Under the pieces are notes generated by a model. The model saw nothing but the letters and a program-made list of their open reading frames with translations, did no database searches and was not told the DNA's origin. From NCBI RefSeq assembly GCF_006345805.1, contig NC_043022.1, positions 11,222,001-11,286,000 on the forward strand: 64,000 bases of DNA. Reading direction: 5' to 3'. Source of the stretch: Octopus sinensis (taxonomy: Eukaryota). Position numbers and translations under genes: made by a program. Every line of letters starts with the position of its first letter. The first letter of the stretch is position 1. This document shows positions 53,401 through 64,000 of the stretch, one piece after another.

Positions 53401-56400
53401 CCAGAATTCAAACAATTAAAAAAATTCACATATACACATTTACCTACATACACATAATCATACATGAACGTCAAGACTACTGACAGGATCTATGTTAGAT
53501 GGAGGAATGGAGACAAAGACAAAGTCAGTCTAAATGACTTTTGAGTACCATATCATACCATTTAGCAACTGTTAACAGTAACAGGAAAATTAGTACATCA
53601 CATGTATTCAACTGTAGAGATATCGTGTAAGTAGGTGGAGAACTTTTGAAATTGTACTCCAAGTGTACCATAAGTAACTGGACTAATGTATTTAAACATA
53701 AACTTGAGGGAGAAACATATAAGCAACATGGGTACATACTCTACAAGCTAGAAGATACTAACAATATTGACTGGAAAAGTATACTGAATCTGAAACAGAT
53801 ATATCAAATCCCACTGAGGATGCATTTTTGCTGTTCAAGAATTGGGGATAGCTACTAAATACTTTGTCCGAAAAAGATATATGGATACCTCCTAACTTTC
53901 ACTTTGTAATAGAAAATATTGGTAGTATCATAGCAGGGTGAGATATCTATATCAGTAGCAGCTGCCCAGATATTTCTGCTGTTGTAAATTCTTGTGAGAT
54001 GTAATGTTGTCAAAACTATCTAGAATGCTTTTCACAGAAAGGATTATCCTAAGATGGTCACATAAAAGGCACATCAGAATCAGAGACATATCTACACCTT
54101 GAAAAGAAATCTTGATCACTGGTAGTAGATCTCAATAAAAATACCTTATTTACTAAGATGACATTGTTTTAGCAACAACGACACTTCTCATAACAGCCCT
54201 AGGATAAATGTAGGAAATATTTCTGTTATCAGCATAAGGAATATTGGTAGAAAATTCCCATCAAAACTTTCACAAAATGTAAATGTGTCTGAAATAGTGG
54301 AACAAAAAAAAAAAGAAAAAAAAATCTATATCATTATGACAGTCAACAGCTTTTTGGTATTTAGTTATATCTAGTTCTAATCCTGTGAGAAGTGAATTTT
54401 ATCTTTCATCATTCCTGAGTTTATAAGAGATGGTATATAAGTTACTGGCATTGTATACTCAGCTCACTTAGCAGTAAATAGATACTCTACTCAAATACAA
54501 TTAGAGAAAATAATGGGAAGAGTGTAAAAGTAAAAAGTTTTATTACTTTGTATTAATGAAGCCTGGTCTTTGTACAAGTCTATTTCATTCACTATGTTCT
54601 TTTCTAAAATTTCTGAATAAACATCTACAATATCACTAAAAAATCTTATATGTGATCCAATGATGAGCCAATCTCAAAGTAATATTTTAAATGTAATGAA
54701 ACAATCTTAAGCAGCTAAGTGTAAAAACTGCAATATTCCATTTGAATATCAGAGAATGTAGCTGGAATCTATTTCTTGAGAAAAGTTTTATGCTTAGGCT
54801 ATTACTGACATTTTCTGTTTTCTATTACTTGCCTAGAATTCATCAAAGACAAAAACTAAAATTTCCAAAAAATCATTAGAAATGATTTGGCTCTTTAAAA
54901 TTAGATATTACCATGGGACTTGAGAAGTTAATGGTTCTTTCAGAAAAAGTCTATAAAATCAGAAAATAAACTAGCTCTTTAAAGTTGGTTATTACCATGG
55001 GACTTGAAAAGTTAATGGTTCTTCCACAAAGTGTCTGTAAATATATGACAAAGCAGAACATTTCTTGCATAATTGCTGTAATAAACAGTGGCCTGTTATA
55101 TAGTGTATTATTACAAATAATATAAGAAACTATGTGTTATCCACAATTTTGTATTCATTTATTCATTCAATATTGCATAGGGCAATCCATGAACACATGA
55201 GCACTTCCCTGAACACAACACTCATACATAGCTATGTAATGTCTCATCACAGTATTATTATACTCTGATGCATCTATATGATATTCAAATTTATACAGTG
55301 GGATGAGGTGCTAATTTCCATTCCAAATTTTCAAAACATATCCACAATTTGTTGATTGAAAAGAAAGAACTTAGCAATGAAACATTTTGTTTGTTCTTTA
55401 ATCTATTCAATGAAGAAACACGAATATGTAGAAACAATTTATTTTATTTTTCTGCTTAGTGACTTAACATATGGCAGGTTTTTATGAAGTTCTAATTATA
55501 TTAGCACATATTTTTGTCATATATATCTAAAGTTGAATTTTTCCAGGTTTCTATGATGTGTAAAGCTTTTTTTCTTGTAATTCTAAATTAATGCAGCATA
55601 CAAAGCAAGCAATTCAAACAGTAATGTGTTTTATTCAGAAAGGGCTCTTGGGTAGACAACATTTGTTCTTTTGCTGTTCATTGCTCTGATGGAAAACAGG
55701 CTGCTTGCCACAAAGAACTGATTATTACAAAAACATGGATGTATCAGTTCAGCTCCAACAATTCTGAGACTCTATAACAGTAAAAATTAGCTGTCAATGC
55801 ATGCTCCATGTTGTATGTCACCATTAGGATTTGTTGTACCAAGAGAAAAAATACTTTCATTTTACATGTTCCCTCATCTCATGAGTTATTTCATTTCAAA
55901 CCTCCTCAGAGTTCTATACTGTTTGAGGTAGTAACTTGCTTTTGGGAAATAGTTGTTTTATACATAGCATTTTAGTATTTTTTAATTTTTCTACTTCGTT
56001 AGCTATAGGCATGATACGATTTATGTTTAAGAGTTGAAGTTAGTTTTTATTATAATATCAGATGTTGATGTGATAGACATATGCTAATGTTTTGCTCCTG
56101 CTACACCACTGGACTGAAAGGAAATACCCTTGTGTCAAAACCATAATAATATCTACTTGGCAGCTGATAATGGAAATATGTATGCTTGTCTGTGAATCTT
56201 TTATATTTTATGGTCTTGTTCTGCATTGTATTTCATTCTTGTAGGACTGAATTTATCAAAAGGTTCTTGCTTGTATTATATACTCATATTGTGTGATTGT
56301 CCATCTACTCATTGCTCAGAGATGTATCAGCAATGCCCGTGCAAATGTCTTAAGTTGAGTGTGGATTGCATAACACCACAGTAACTCTCACTAGCAGTAC

Positions 56401-56603
56401 CAAGAATCCTAGTGACAAGCAAAGTGCAAGATGTCTGATTCAGTGGAGCAGCAGATTTTATATATGAATTAGCTTTCTCCTAGAAGGATGCCTTGACAAA
56501 GACCTGGTGCCTCATTCCCATTGGGTCTTTAGACACCAACCCAAGTATTTCTACATCCAGGCATGCATATATACGTGTGTGTATATATATATATAAATAT
56601 ATG

Positions 56604-56783
56604 TATACGAAAGAAGGTTTGAAAATGCAATTTAAAAGATGTTTATTTACTTAACTGGTTTCACTCTTTGGAAAAAGATTGTCAAAAGTAACATGTTACT
56701 TTTGACAATCTTTTTCCAAAGAGTGAAACCGGTTAAGTAAATAAACATCTTTTAAATTGCATTTTCAAACCTTCTTTCGTATA
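56604..56783. repeat. Spacer-less palindrome, 90-bp arms, one mismatch
   Basis: Centre taaca|tgtta at 56693/56694. The only mismatch seen is actggt versus accggt. Confidence 0.95.
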
Positions 56784-57380
56784 TAATTCCACTCGTGCGA
56801 TACCCCACAACTCAACTTTGTTATATAAATATAGCCCACTCGCTTTCAACTCCACTACGAATGCACAGCTCATGAACGGCTAAAAGTTAAAATTTCTTCT
56901 TTCAACTTCGCTTTCTACTACCCTCTGCACGTATAATCACTATTCTTTCAGTTTCCTTAAATCTTTCTCTCATATTTTCCTTCAGTACCCTCTATTCATA
57001 TTTTCTTTTAGTTTTCAACATACCATTCATGTAATGTTTTTCGTTTAGTTTTGTCTCGTCTCCCTATTTGCTCCCGTTTCATAGCCACTCATCGTCTCCC
57101 CTAAAATTTGACTTCTCTGATACTTTCAAACCTACTTTCTTGCTATCACGATTAACAGAATCCTCTTGCTAGTTTGGGGTCCAGTTAAGACTTCCTGACG
57201 AACTCAGATTTTAGATTTTACCTTTTTCTCTCCAAGACTATCTTAATTATCAATAATAAATATTATCGACACTTTCGTCTTGTTCCACTATGCTAGTCAG
57301 AACCCATTTCTTCCCCCCCTCCTCCCCAACTAACCCTGTCCCTCTCTCTATGTTTCTATATGCCCCCGTCTTCGATAACC
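56604..57380 (+). mobile_element. Possible Penelope-like element end (pseudo-LTR) with an inverted terminal duplication
   Basis: A 180-bp palindrome at the left end. The right arm carries ...gagtgaaaccggttaagtaaataaa, similar to the GAAACCGGT...AATAAA signature of Penelope-type ends. CpG-bearing non-coding sequence runs from there to the RTE junction. Confidence 0.4.
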
Positions 57381-58554
57381 ATTGGTGGTCAATGAGGAAA
57401 CTAGGAATAGATGAATGGTTAGTGAGAGCTGTGCAAGCCATGTACAGGGACGCTGCTAGTAAGGTGAGGGTTGGCAATGAGTACAGTGAAGAATTCCGGG
57501 TGGAGGTAGGGGTCCACCAAGGCTCAGTCCTCAGCCTCCTCCTATTTATCATAGTCCTCCAGGCAATAACGGAGGAATTCAAGACAAGATGCCCCTGGGA
57601 GCTCCTCTATGCTGATGACCTTGCTCTAATTGCTGAGTCATTATCAGAACTGGAGAAAAAGTTTCAGGTGTGGAAGCATGGTTTAGAATCGAAGGGCCTT
57701 AGAGTCAACCTAGCTAAAACCAAAGTCGTAATAAGTAGGAAGGTAGACAAATCACAAACGCCTTCAGGTAGATGGCCCTGCTCGATCTGTAGAAAAGGTG
57801 TAGGTAGAAACTCTATAAGATGCGCCAAGTGTAAGCTATGGACACATAAGAGGTGCAGCAATGTCATAGGAAGGCTAACTAGGAAGATGGTTTTTGTATG
57901 TGGCAGATGCTCGGGAGCATTAACCTCTGAAAATCTGCAGAAAACAACTTCCGTCACTTTCCAGGGGGAAAAACTAGAAGTAGTTGATAGCTTCCGTTAT
58001 CTTGGTGACCAAGTCAGTAGTGGGGGTGGGTGTGCTGAAAGTGTAACGGCTAGAGTAAGAATAGCCTGGGCAAAGTTTAGGGAGCTCTTACCTCTGTTGG
58101 TGACTAAAGGCCTCTCGCTCAGAGTAAAAGGCAGACTGTATGATGCATGTGTACGAACAGCCATGCTACATGGCAGTGAAACATGGGCCGTGACTGCTGA
58201 GGACATGCGTAAGCTCGCGAGAAATGAAGCTAGTATGCTCCGTTGGATGTGTAATGTCAGTGTTCATAATCGACAGAGTGTAAGTACCTTGAGAGAAAAG
58301 TTGGACCTAATAGGCATCAGATGTTGTGTGCAAGAGAGACGATTGCGCTGGTATGGTCATGTGGTGAGAATGGATGAAGATAAAAGTGCCACACCCTGGC
58401 AGTTGAGGGGACCTGTGGAAGAGGTAGACCCAGGAAAACCTGGGTCGAGGTGGTGAAGCATGACCTTCGAACTCTAGGTCTCACCAAGGAAATGACCAGA
58501 GACCGAGACCTATGGAAGTATGCTGTGCGTGAGAAGACCCGGCAAGACCAGTGA
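57290..58554 (+). pseudogene. RTE ORF2 fragment (reverse transcriptase, no endonuclease), one frameshift near 58381
   Basis: A 388-aa ORF (57290-58456) with YADD at 57608-57619. A short deletion after MDED shifts the frame. The alternative frame KCHTLAVEGTCGRGRPRKTWVEVVKHDLRTLGLTKEMTRDRDLWKYAVREKTRQDQ ends at TGA 58552-58554. Confidence 0.88.
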
Positions 58555-59258
58555 GAACAATCAAAATCAAATCATATATCAGAAAGCAGGGGTTAAGTGA
58601 CCCATCCGTTCGTGTCCGCTGTCAGCCTTGTCTGGCACCCTTGCCGGTGATACGTAAAAGCACCATTCGCTCGTGGTCGTCTGCCAGCTCTGCCTGGCCC
58701 CCGTGTCGGTGGCACGTAAAAGCACCATCCGTTCGTGTTCGTTGCCAGCCTCGCCTGGCCCCGTGCCGGTGACACGTAAAAGCACCGTCCGTTCGTGGCC
58801 GTTTGCCAGCTCTGTCTGGCCCCGTGTCGGTGGCACGTAAAAGCACCATCTGTTCGTGTCCGTTGCCAGCCTCGGCTGGCCCCCGTGCCGGTGACACGTA
58901 AAAGCACCGTCCGTTCGTGGCCGTTTGCCAGCTCTGTCTGGCCCCGTGTCGGTGGCACGTAAAAGCACCATCCGTTCGTGTCCGTTGCCAGCATCGCCTG
59001 GCCCCGTGCCGGTGACACGTAAAAGCACCATCCGTTCGTGGCCATTCGCCAGCTCTGTCTGGCACCTGTGCAGGTGGCACGTAAAAAACACCCACTACAC
59101 TCGCGGAGTGGTTGGCGTTAGGAAGGGCATCCAGCCGTAGAAACACTGCCAGATCTGACTGGGCCTGACGAAGCCTTCCAGCTTCACAGACCCCAGTTGA
59201 CCCGTCCAACCCATGCTAGCATGGAAAGCGGACGCTAAATGATGATGATGATGATGAT
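57383..59258 (+). mobile_element. Young 5'-truncated RTE-clade LINE: RT, C-terminus, 3' UTR minisatellite and (ATG)n tail
   Basis: RT motifs GVHQGSVLSLLLF, LLYADDLALI, VNLAKTKV and VVDSFRYLG; C-terminal LHGSETW and GRGRPRKTW (after a frameshift); CpG-rich; ends ...gcggacgctaaatgatgatgatgatgatgat. Confidence 0.93.
58600..59095 (+). repeat. GC-rich minisatellite, 60-61-bp units alternating between two variants, in the RTE 3' UTR
   Basis: Eight copies of cgtaaaa(g/a)acc-type cores spaced 60-62 bp. Units alternate between A (...gtgtccgttgccagcctcgcctggccccgtgccggtgac) and B (...gtggccgtttgccagctctgtctggccccgtgtcggtggc). Confidence 0.92.
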
Positions 59259-59498
59259 ACACATAAACACAACCATTTTTATTTCCATTCCAATAATTAA
59301 AAAAATTTTTATTATCATCACAAACTTATCCCCATCAATCTGAAGCCAATCTATTATACAAACAGAAGAACACCTGTGTGTTATTGTATGTATATACATA
59401 CATACACACGCTATGGTTGAAATGAAAGTAAAGCAAAGGTGGGTATAATGCAACTCACATTGGTCATGCAAATTACAAATGTTGGTAAAGTAACTTTA

Positions 59499-60690
59499 TA
59501 CGAAAGATACTACTCTACAGTTTCCATCACAAGTGATGCATTTGTGCAATCATTGAATGCAACTCTTGAATACTTCTTGAAAAAATTCATGTAAGCACTT
59601 TTGTGGCCATATCATCACAGCCACTTTCACTTCATCTGTGTCATCAAATTTAATATCCCTGATGACTGCGTTGGAGGGCACCAGATCCAGACTGTACAGT
59701 AGATAGGGGACCACTAACCAGCCTAATTTACAAATCACCTGATCTGTTTCTAAAGATATGTATTATCACACATTGTTATAATGAATTTGAATTGTTTTCA
59801 GCCTCTTTCTCTTAATGGCTTCTCTAAACTTTTTGCTTATCTCAGTATATCGCTTGCTGTTCACAGCACAGCCATTTTCCAAGGAGAATGATGTCCTTGT
59901 TATCCCCTAAACAGTCATGACTTTCTGTGCTGATCACTAGCTCTCTAATTTCTTAGACTTTGGAATAGGAGTGTGACATTCTGTAGACAGAGCTTTCATT
60001 TTCCAATAAAATGCATCTTCAATAGCTTCAAATGTTTCTAAAGGATTTTAGACTTCCATCTTTCTCTCCTTCAAGTCAGGTGTTAATTATGGAGGAACAC
60101 ACTTTGCAATACCCAAAGTTTTCCATCTTTTGTAATGCATTATATCCACTGTCCAGAAATGCAGCAAACTCATAGATTTTTGACTTGTCAGTAAGCATGA
60201 ATCAAATCTTCCACTAGCAGGTGATTTTTGCCTGTTGGTCTCCGATTGCATGGTTCTTATTCAGTGTTGGTGCCACATTCTGTAAACTTTGTGTGTGCAC
60301 TTTGTTTTTGTCAATAGCATCATCTCTACTCAATCTATAGCATTGCAGATGTTGGACAGTCTGCATCTCTCCATCAAGAACTCAATGATTATGCTGATTG
60401 TTTGGAGCCCATTATTTGCCTGCATACAGAATGTGTTCCTCTAGCAACAAATACAATTTGAACAACCTTCTTACTGTGGCCTTGGTACTAACCATTATCG
60501 ATCTAGCACATGGCAAAGGATACTGGGTAGCTGGTGTCCATTAGCATTCTTTACAACTTCTTGATATTGCTCACTATCACCTGCTTCACTGCAACTCTTA
60601 TGCATATGAAATATTTTATTTCATGTGTAGGCAGCCTTAACCTTGGTATGTAGGACTGATCTGTAGTGCGCAGATTGCTTTAGGCAGTTT
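59499..60690 (-). mobile_element. Highly decayed mariner remnant
   Basis: Minus-strand remnants resembling KVMATVFWD and KLREAIKRKRP, plus PYLLYSLDLVPSN...FDDTDEVKVAV (PYSPDLAPSD-like). The left end starts tacga like a mariner TIR. The right end is unclear. Confidence 0.68.
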
Positions 60691-63442
60691 TCCTATAGAC
60701 GGTATTAATAGATCCCTTCTGAGATTCTGAGTCAAACCAGGGAAGAGAGAGAGAGATTTAGTGATCTTGACATGCTCATTTCAAAATGTGTTTGTCAATA
60801 TTGCTGAACACTATATATGCTGCCTCCTCTTGAGAAGCCAGCATGGGAATGATATCTACACAACTTAAGAAAATGCAATATTGCATTGTAGCTGATTCAT
60901 ATATGTAATGGCTAGTAAACCTGATAGACTTGACCCTATAAGTAGTCCTGATGTATGTTCATATGTAAAATCAAGAGACAGTACAGTTTGTAATTAGATT
61001 AGGAGCTGAGAGAGCAGATACAGAAGGACAGATTATGTTTAAGTGGAGTAGGGTTGACATATCTGTGAAAGGTATGGAGTGTAAGCCTGAGGGCTTGGTA
61101 CAAGAGCCAAGTTATTCAATTACAGAGAACAATGCAAAGCAAATAGATAGGGGTATCAACCTGGGGGACTTAGCATAAGTAGAAATCCTGTCTATGTGGT
61201 TAGGAAGCAAGTTTCTTACCACACAGCCACACCTGCACCTATGTATATATGTTATGCATGTACAGCCTCGGGAATGGTTATGTTAAGAAGTTCACTTCCC
61301 AACTGCATGGTTTTAGATTCTGTCCTACTGTGAGAGCTTTGGGTAAGTACTTAGAAACAATAGGTCTAATTTTATTTTTGTGGTTCTTAAATGATAGATC
61401 ATGAAAGGTCCATGTCTTATTTCAAACTACGTTGGAATACACTGATTACAAGTTGTGAGGCCTTAAGCTACATAAAGATTGTGAGGCTCTAAGCTGTAGC
61501 TTGTTCAGCTTATGCCTAAATCTGTTACTGATTATAGATCTCCATCTATCCTGTATTATATTTTCTAGCTTGCTATACTGAAGTTGGTGGCCTTTTTATA
61601 TAGGATTGCTTAGTTGCTTGATTACTAGTTCATTATACATGTTTTTATCAGCAATGCAGAATTTTCTTTTGTTTACCTTCTTAAAAACAAGGACACATTC
61701 TATGATGCAGTACATACAAAGAGACCAAGATGGGATAATCACATTGATCATAGGTCAGATTGGTTTCAGTTGGCATATAGCTGAACAACAGTAACTATAA
61801 CTGAACTCAAAGCTTTGAGACAGTATGGTAAATAGCGATTTGCCAGATCAAAGGGTAAAAAGTTCAAAAGTGACCCAAGCACTCCCATCCTCTGCAAGAT
61901 ATCAACATAGAACATTTGCTCTAACATTCTTTCACATCCACCAACTCATTGACCTTTGAAGCAACATTATCATTACACTTGTAAAAATATGAAGGGCTGG
62001 TTCAATTCTAAATTCAGTACTGTATTATCCTTAGTCCCTTGATAATTTTGTAGTCCAGTATCTTAAGTTATTCTGTTTTTCTTGTACTGAAACCAAAATT
62101 TTATGTTTGCTGTGACATTATTATGTTTTATGATATTAAAAACTGAAGAGATACCAATATTATGTATTTGTAATTATTTGATGATTTCCCAGCAAGTGAC
62201 TGTTGAATAAAATCAGTAATTTCTATTTGTTAACTTAAAAACAATCCAGATAAAAATCAGCTACTATAACAATTTTATACTATGCTTCTAAAAAGAGACC
62301 AATATATTTTTGGCACTTGAGACATTAATTAATTAATATTTCACAGAAATTAAGAAAGCAGAAAAGTAGATACAAAATATTTTCTATTTTGACAACTTAA
62401 TGAGAATATTGTCCCACCCATCTACTTTGCACTTCAAATATTGTATATGTTGGAAACATTGATTAATTAAAACTAAATAGTTTCAAAATGTTTGACAAGT
62501 CAAAAGCATCAAAGGATGAATAGAAAAACAACAACAAAAGTACTGGGCAAAAGTTCAGGCTAAGTACTTTGTATTATATCAGTTTTCCTTCAAAAGTAGA
62601 ACACATATTATAGCAAAGTGAACAATTTTCTCTATTCTTTCAAAAGTCACTAAAAAAATTTAGAAGAAAATAAAAACAAAGGAATGTACTATTGTCCATT
62701 TCTTAGCCAGAATCATCTTACAAGTCACCAAAAGAAAACCTTTTAAAAAAGCAGTAACAGTAAATTGTGTATTATTATTATTTCTTAGGTTTGATGTAAG
62801 ATTTCTTTATTTCTTCCAATTTGGGCTAAATATAATGGCTATTGTTGCCCCCTAAGTAGAAGTTAGATTTGACCTACTTCAATTACAGAGAACAATGCAA
62901 AGCAAATAGACAGAGGTATCAAGCTGGGGGACTTAGTATAAGTGGAAACCCTGTCTATATATGTATGATACCTGATTGTTTTGTGTGTATATTCAGTGTA
63001 TGGTGAAAGTCTGATATTTGGCTAAGTGTGGGTGGGCACGTGAAAGTATATATGTATTTATGCATGATTATAAATATATGTGTATGGTTGGAAGACAGAG
63101 GAAATATTAGTTACTTTGATTTAACCTAGGTTCCTCTCATTATCAAATATGGCTTATCTTCTATGTTAGAAGTGTTTTAAAGTTTCTCTCTAGTTTGATA
63201 TATTTTCTTAACTATCAGCAGTATCCCTTAATGTCATAACTATTACTTTCTTCCAAGTGCTGCTTAGAGATATCTGTATCCTACATTGCTTCAGATACAT
63301 GAAAGATGGGGAATATATAGGGTTAAGGAAATATTTGAGTAGTGCAGGTACTTGCTGTAAATTATACTCTACAATATGTATTGAGCACTTTGCTCTCATA
63401 TTGGAAACAAGAAACAGATATACATGTTTGTATGTGTATGTA

Positions 63443-63850
63443 TTCTTTTACTTGTTTCAGTCATTTGACTGTGGCCATGCTGGAGCATTACCTTTAGTCA
63501 AACAAATTGGCCCTAGGACATTCTTTGTAAGCCTAATACTTATTCTATCAGTCTCTTTTGCTGAACTGCTAAGCTGTGAGGATGTAAACACACCAACATC
63601 AGTCGTCAAGCAATGGTGTGGAGGAAAAACACAGACATACAAACACACAACACACATATATATATATATTGTATATATATATATATACGGGCTTCTTTCA
63701 GTTTCCATCCACCAAATCAACTCACAAGGCTTTGGTTGGCCCAAGGCTATAATAGGAGACACTTGCCCAAGGTGCCACACAGCAGACCAAACCCAGATCC
63801 ATGCGGTTGGGAATCAAGCCTCCCACTATTATAGCCACGCCTGTGCCTAT
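63443..63850 (-). mobile_element. Octopus-type tRNA-derived SINE with an internal microsatellite
   Basis: Characteristic tcatttgactgtggccatgctggagca... body and ...ttcagtttcc...caaatcaactcacaaggctttggttggcc...acttgcccaaggtgccac head. Related copies lie at about 2385-2550(+), 2790-2945(-), 10590-10700(+), 17420-17715(+), 19740-19830(-), 22500-22615(-), 27840-28000(+), 42710-42840(-), 51280-51425(+), 61190-61350 and 63880-64000(+). Confidence 0.85.
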
Positions 63851-64000
63851 GTATGTATGTTATGCATGCATGCATGCCTCAGGAATGGCTATGTTAAGAC
63901 GTTCACTTCCCAACAGCATGGCTTCAGGCACCATCCCACCGTGAGGGCTTTGGGCAAGTATCTTCTATAAGTAAGCAAAGTCTGCCTTGTGAGTGAATTT

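Noticed and set aside
53630-55776. Protein-looking plus-strand frames at 53630-53858 and 55639-55776
   Set aside because: They lack paired strong splice sites, and dozens of such frames are expected by chance at this base composition.
58600-59095. CRISPR-like array
   Set aside because: The units are contiguous near-identical repeats with no unique spacers, in a eukaryotic LINE 3' UTR with no cas genes.
58551-59209. Overlapping 70-195-aa ORFs on both strands
   Set aside because: These are read-throughs of a GC-rich, stop-poor minisatellite.

Overview
This is an AT-rich, repeat-dense eukaryotic window. Its tRNA-derived SINEs, RTE LINE tails and long (TA)/(CA)/(ATC) microsatellites look like an Octopus (coleoid cephalopod) genome; that is my recognition, not a database result. 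I cannot identify a host protein-coding gene. Most ORFs in the track are read-throughs of microsatellites or transposons, or are about as long as chance predicts. The window is most likely intronic or intergenic, with only low-confidence exon candidates. Well-supported content: a DD37D (maT-type) Tc1/mariner fossil with terminal inverted repeats (TIRs) at 3490-4725, a DD34D mariner at 33911-35178, a third mariner remnant, two hAT-type MITEs with 8-bp target-site duplications (TSDs), a foldback MITE, several RTE LINE fragments, a CR1/L2-like fragment, a probable solo LTR and many SINEs. One RTE copy (about 57383-59258) is young and 5'-truncated. The most unusual signals are two near-perfect long palindromes (45370-45881 and 56604-56783, the second resembling a Penelope-type end), an exact 52-bp inverted repeat 2.3 kb apart, a PHD-finger-like C4HC3 module inside the RTE reverse transcriptase, and an alternating A/B 60-61-bp minisatellite in that element's 3' UTR. 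I found no CRISPR array, tRNA gene or rRNA gene. Repeat boundaries are read by eye and approximate unless TIRs or TSDs are given.
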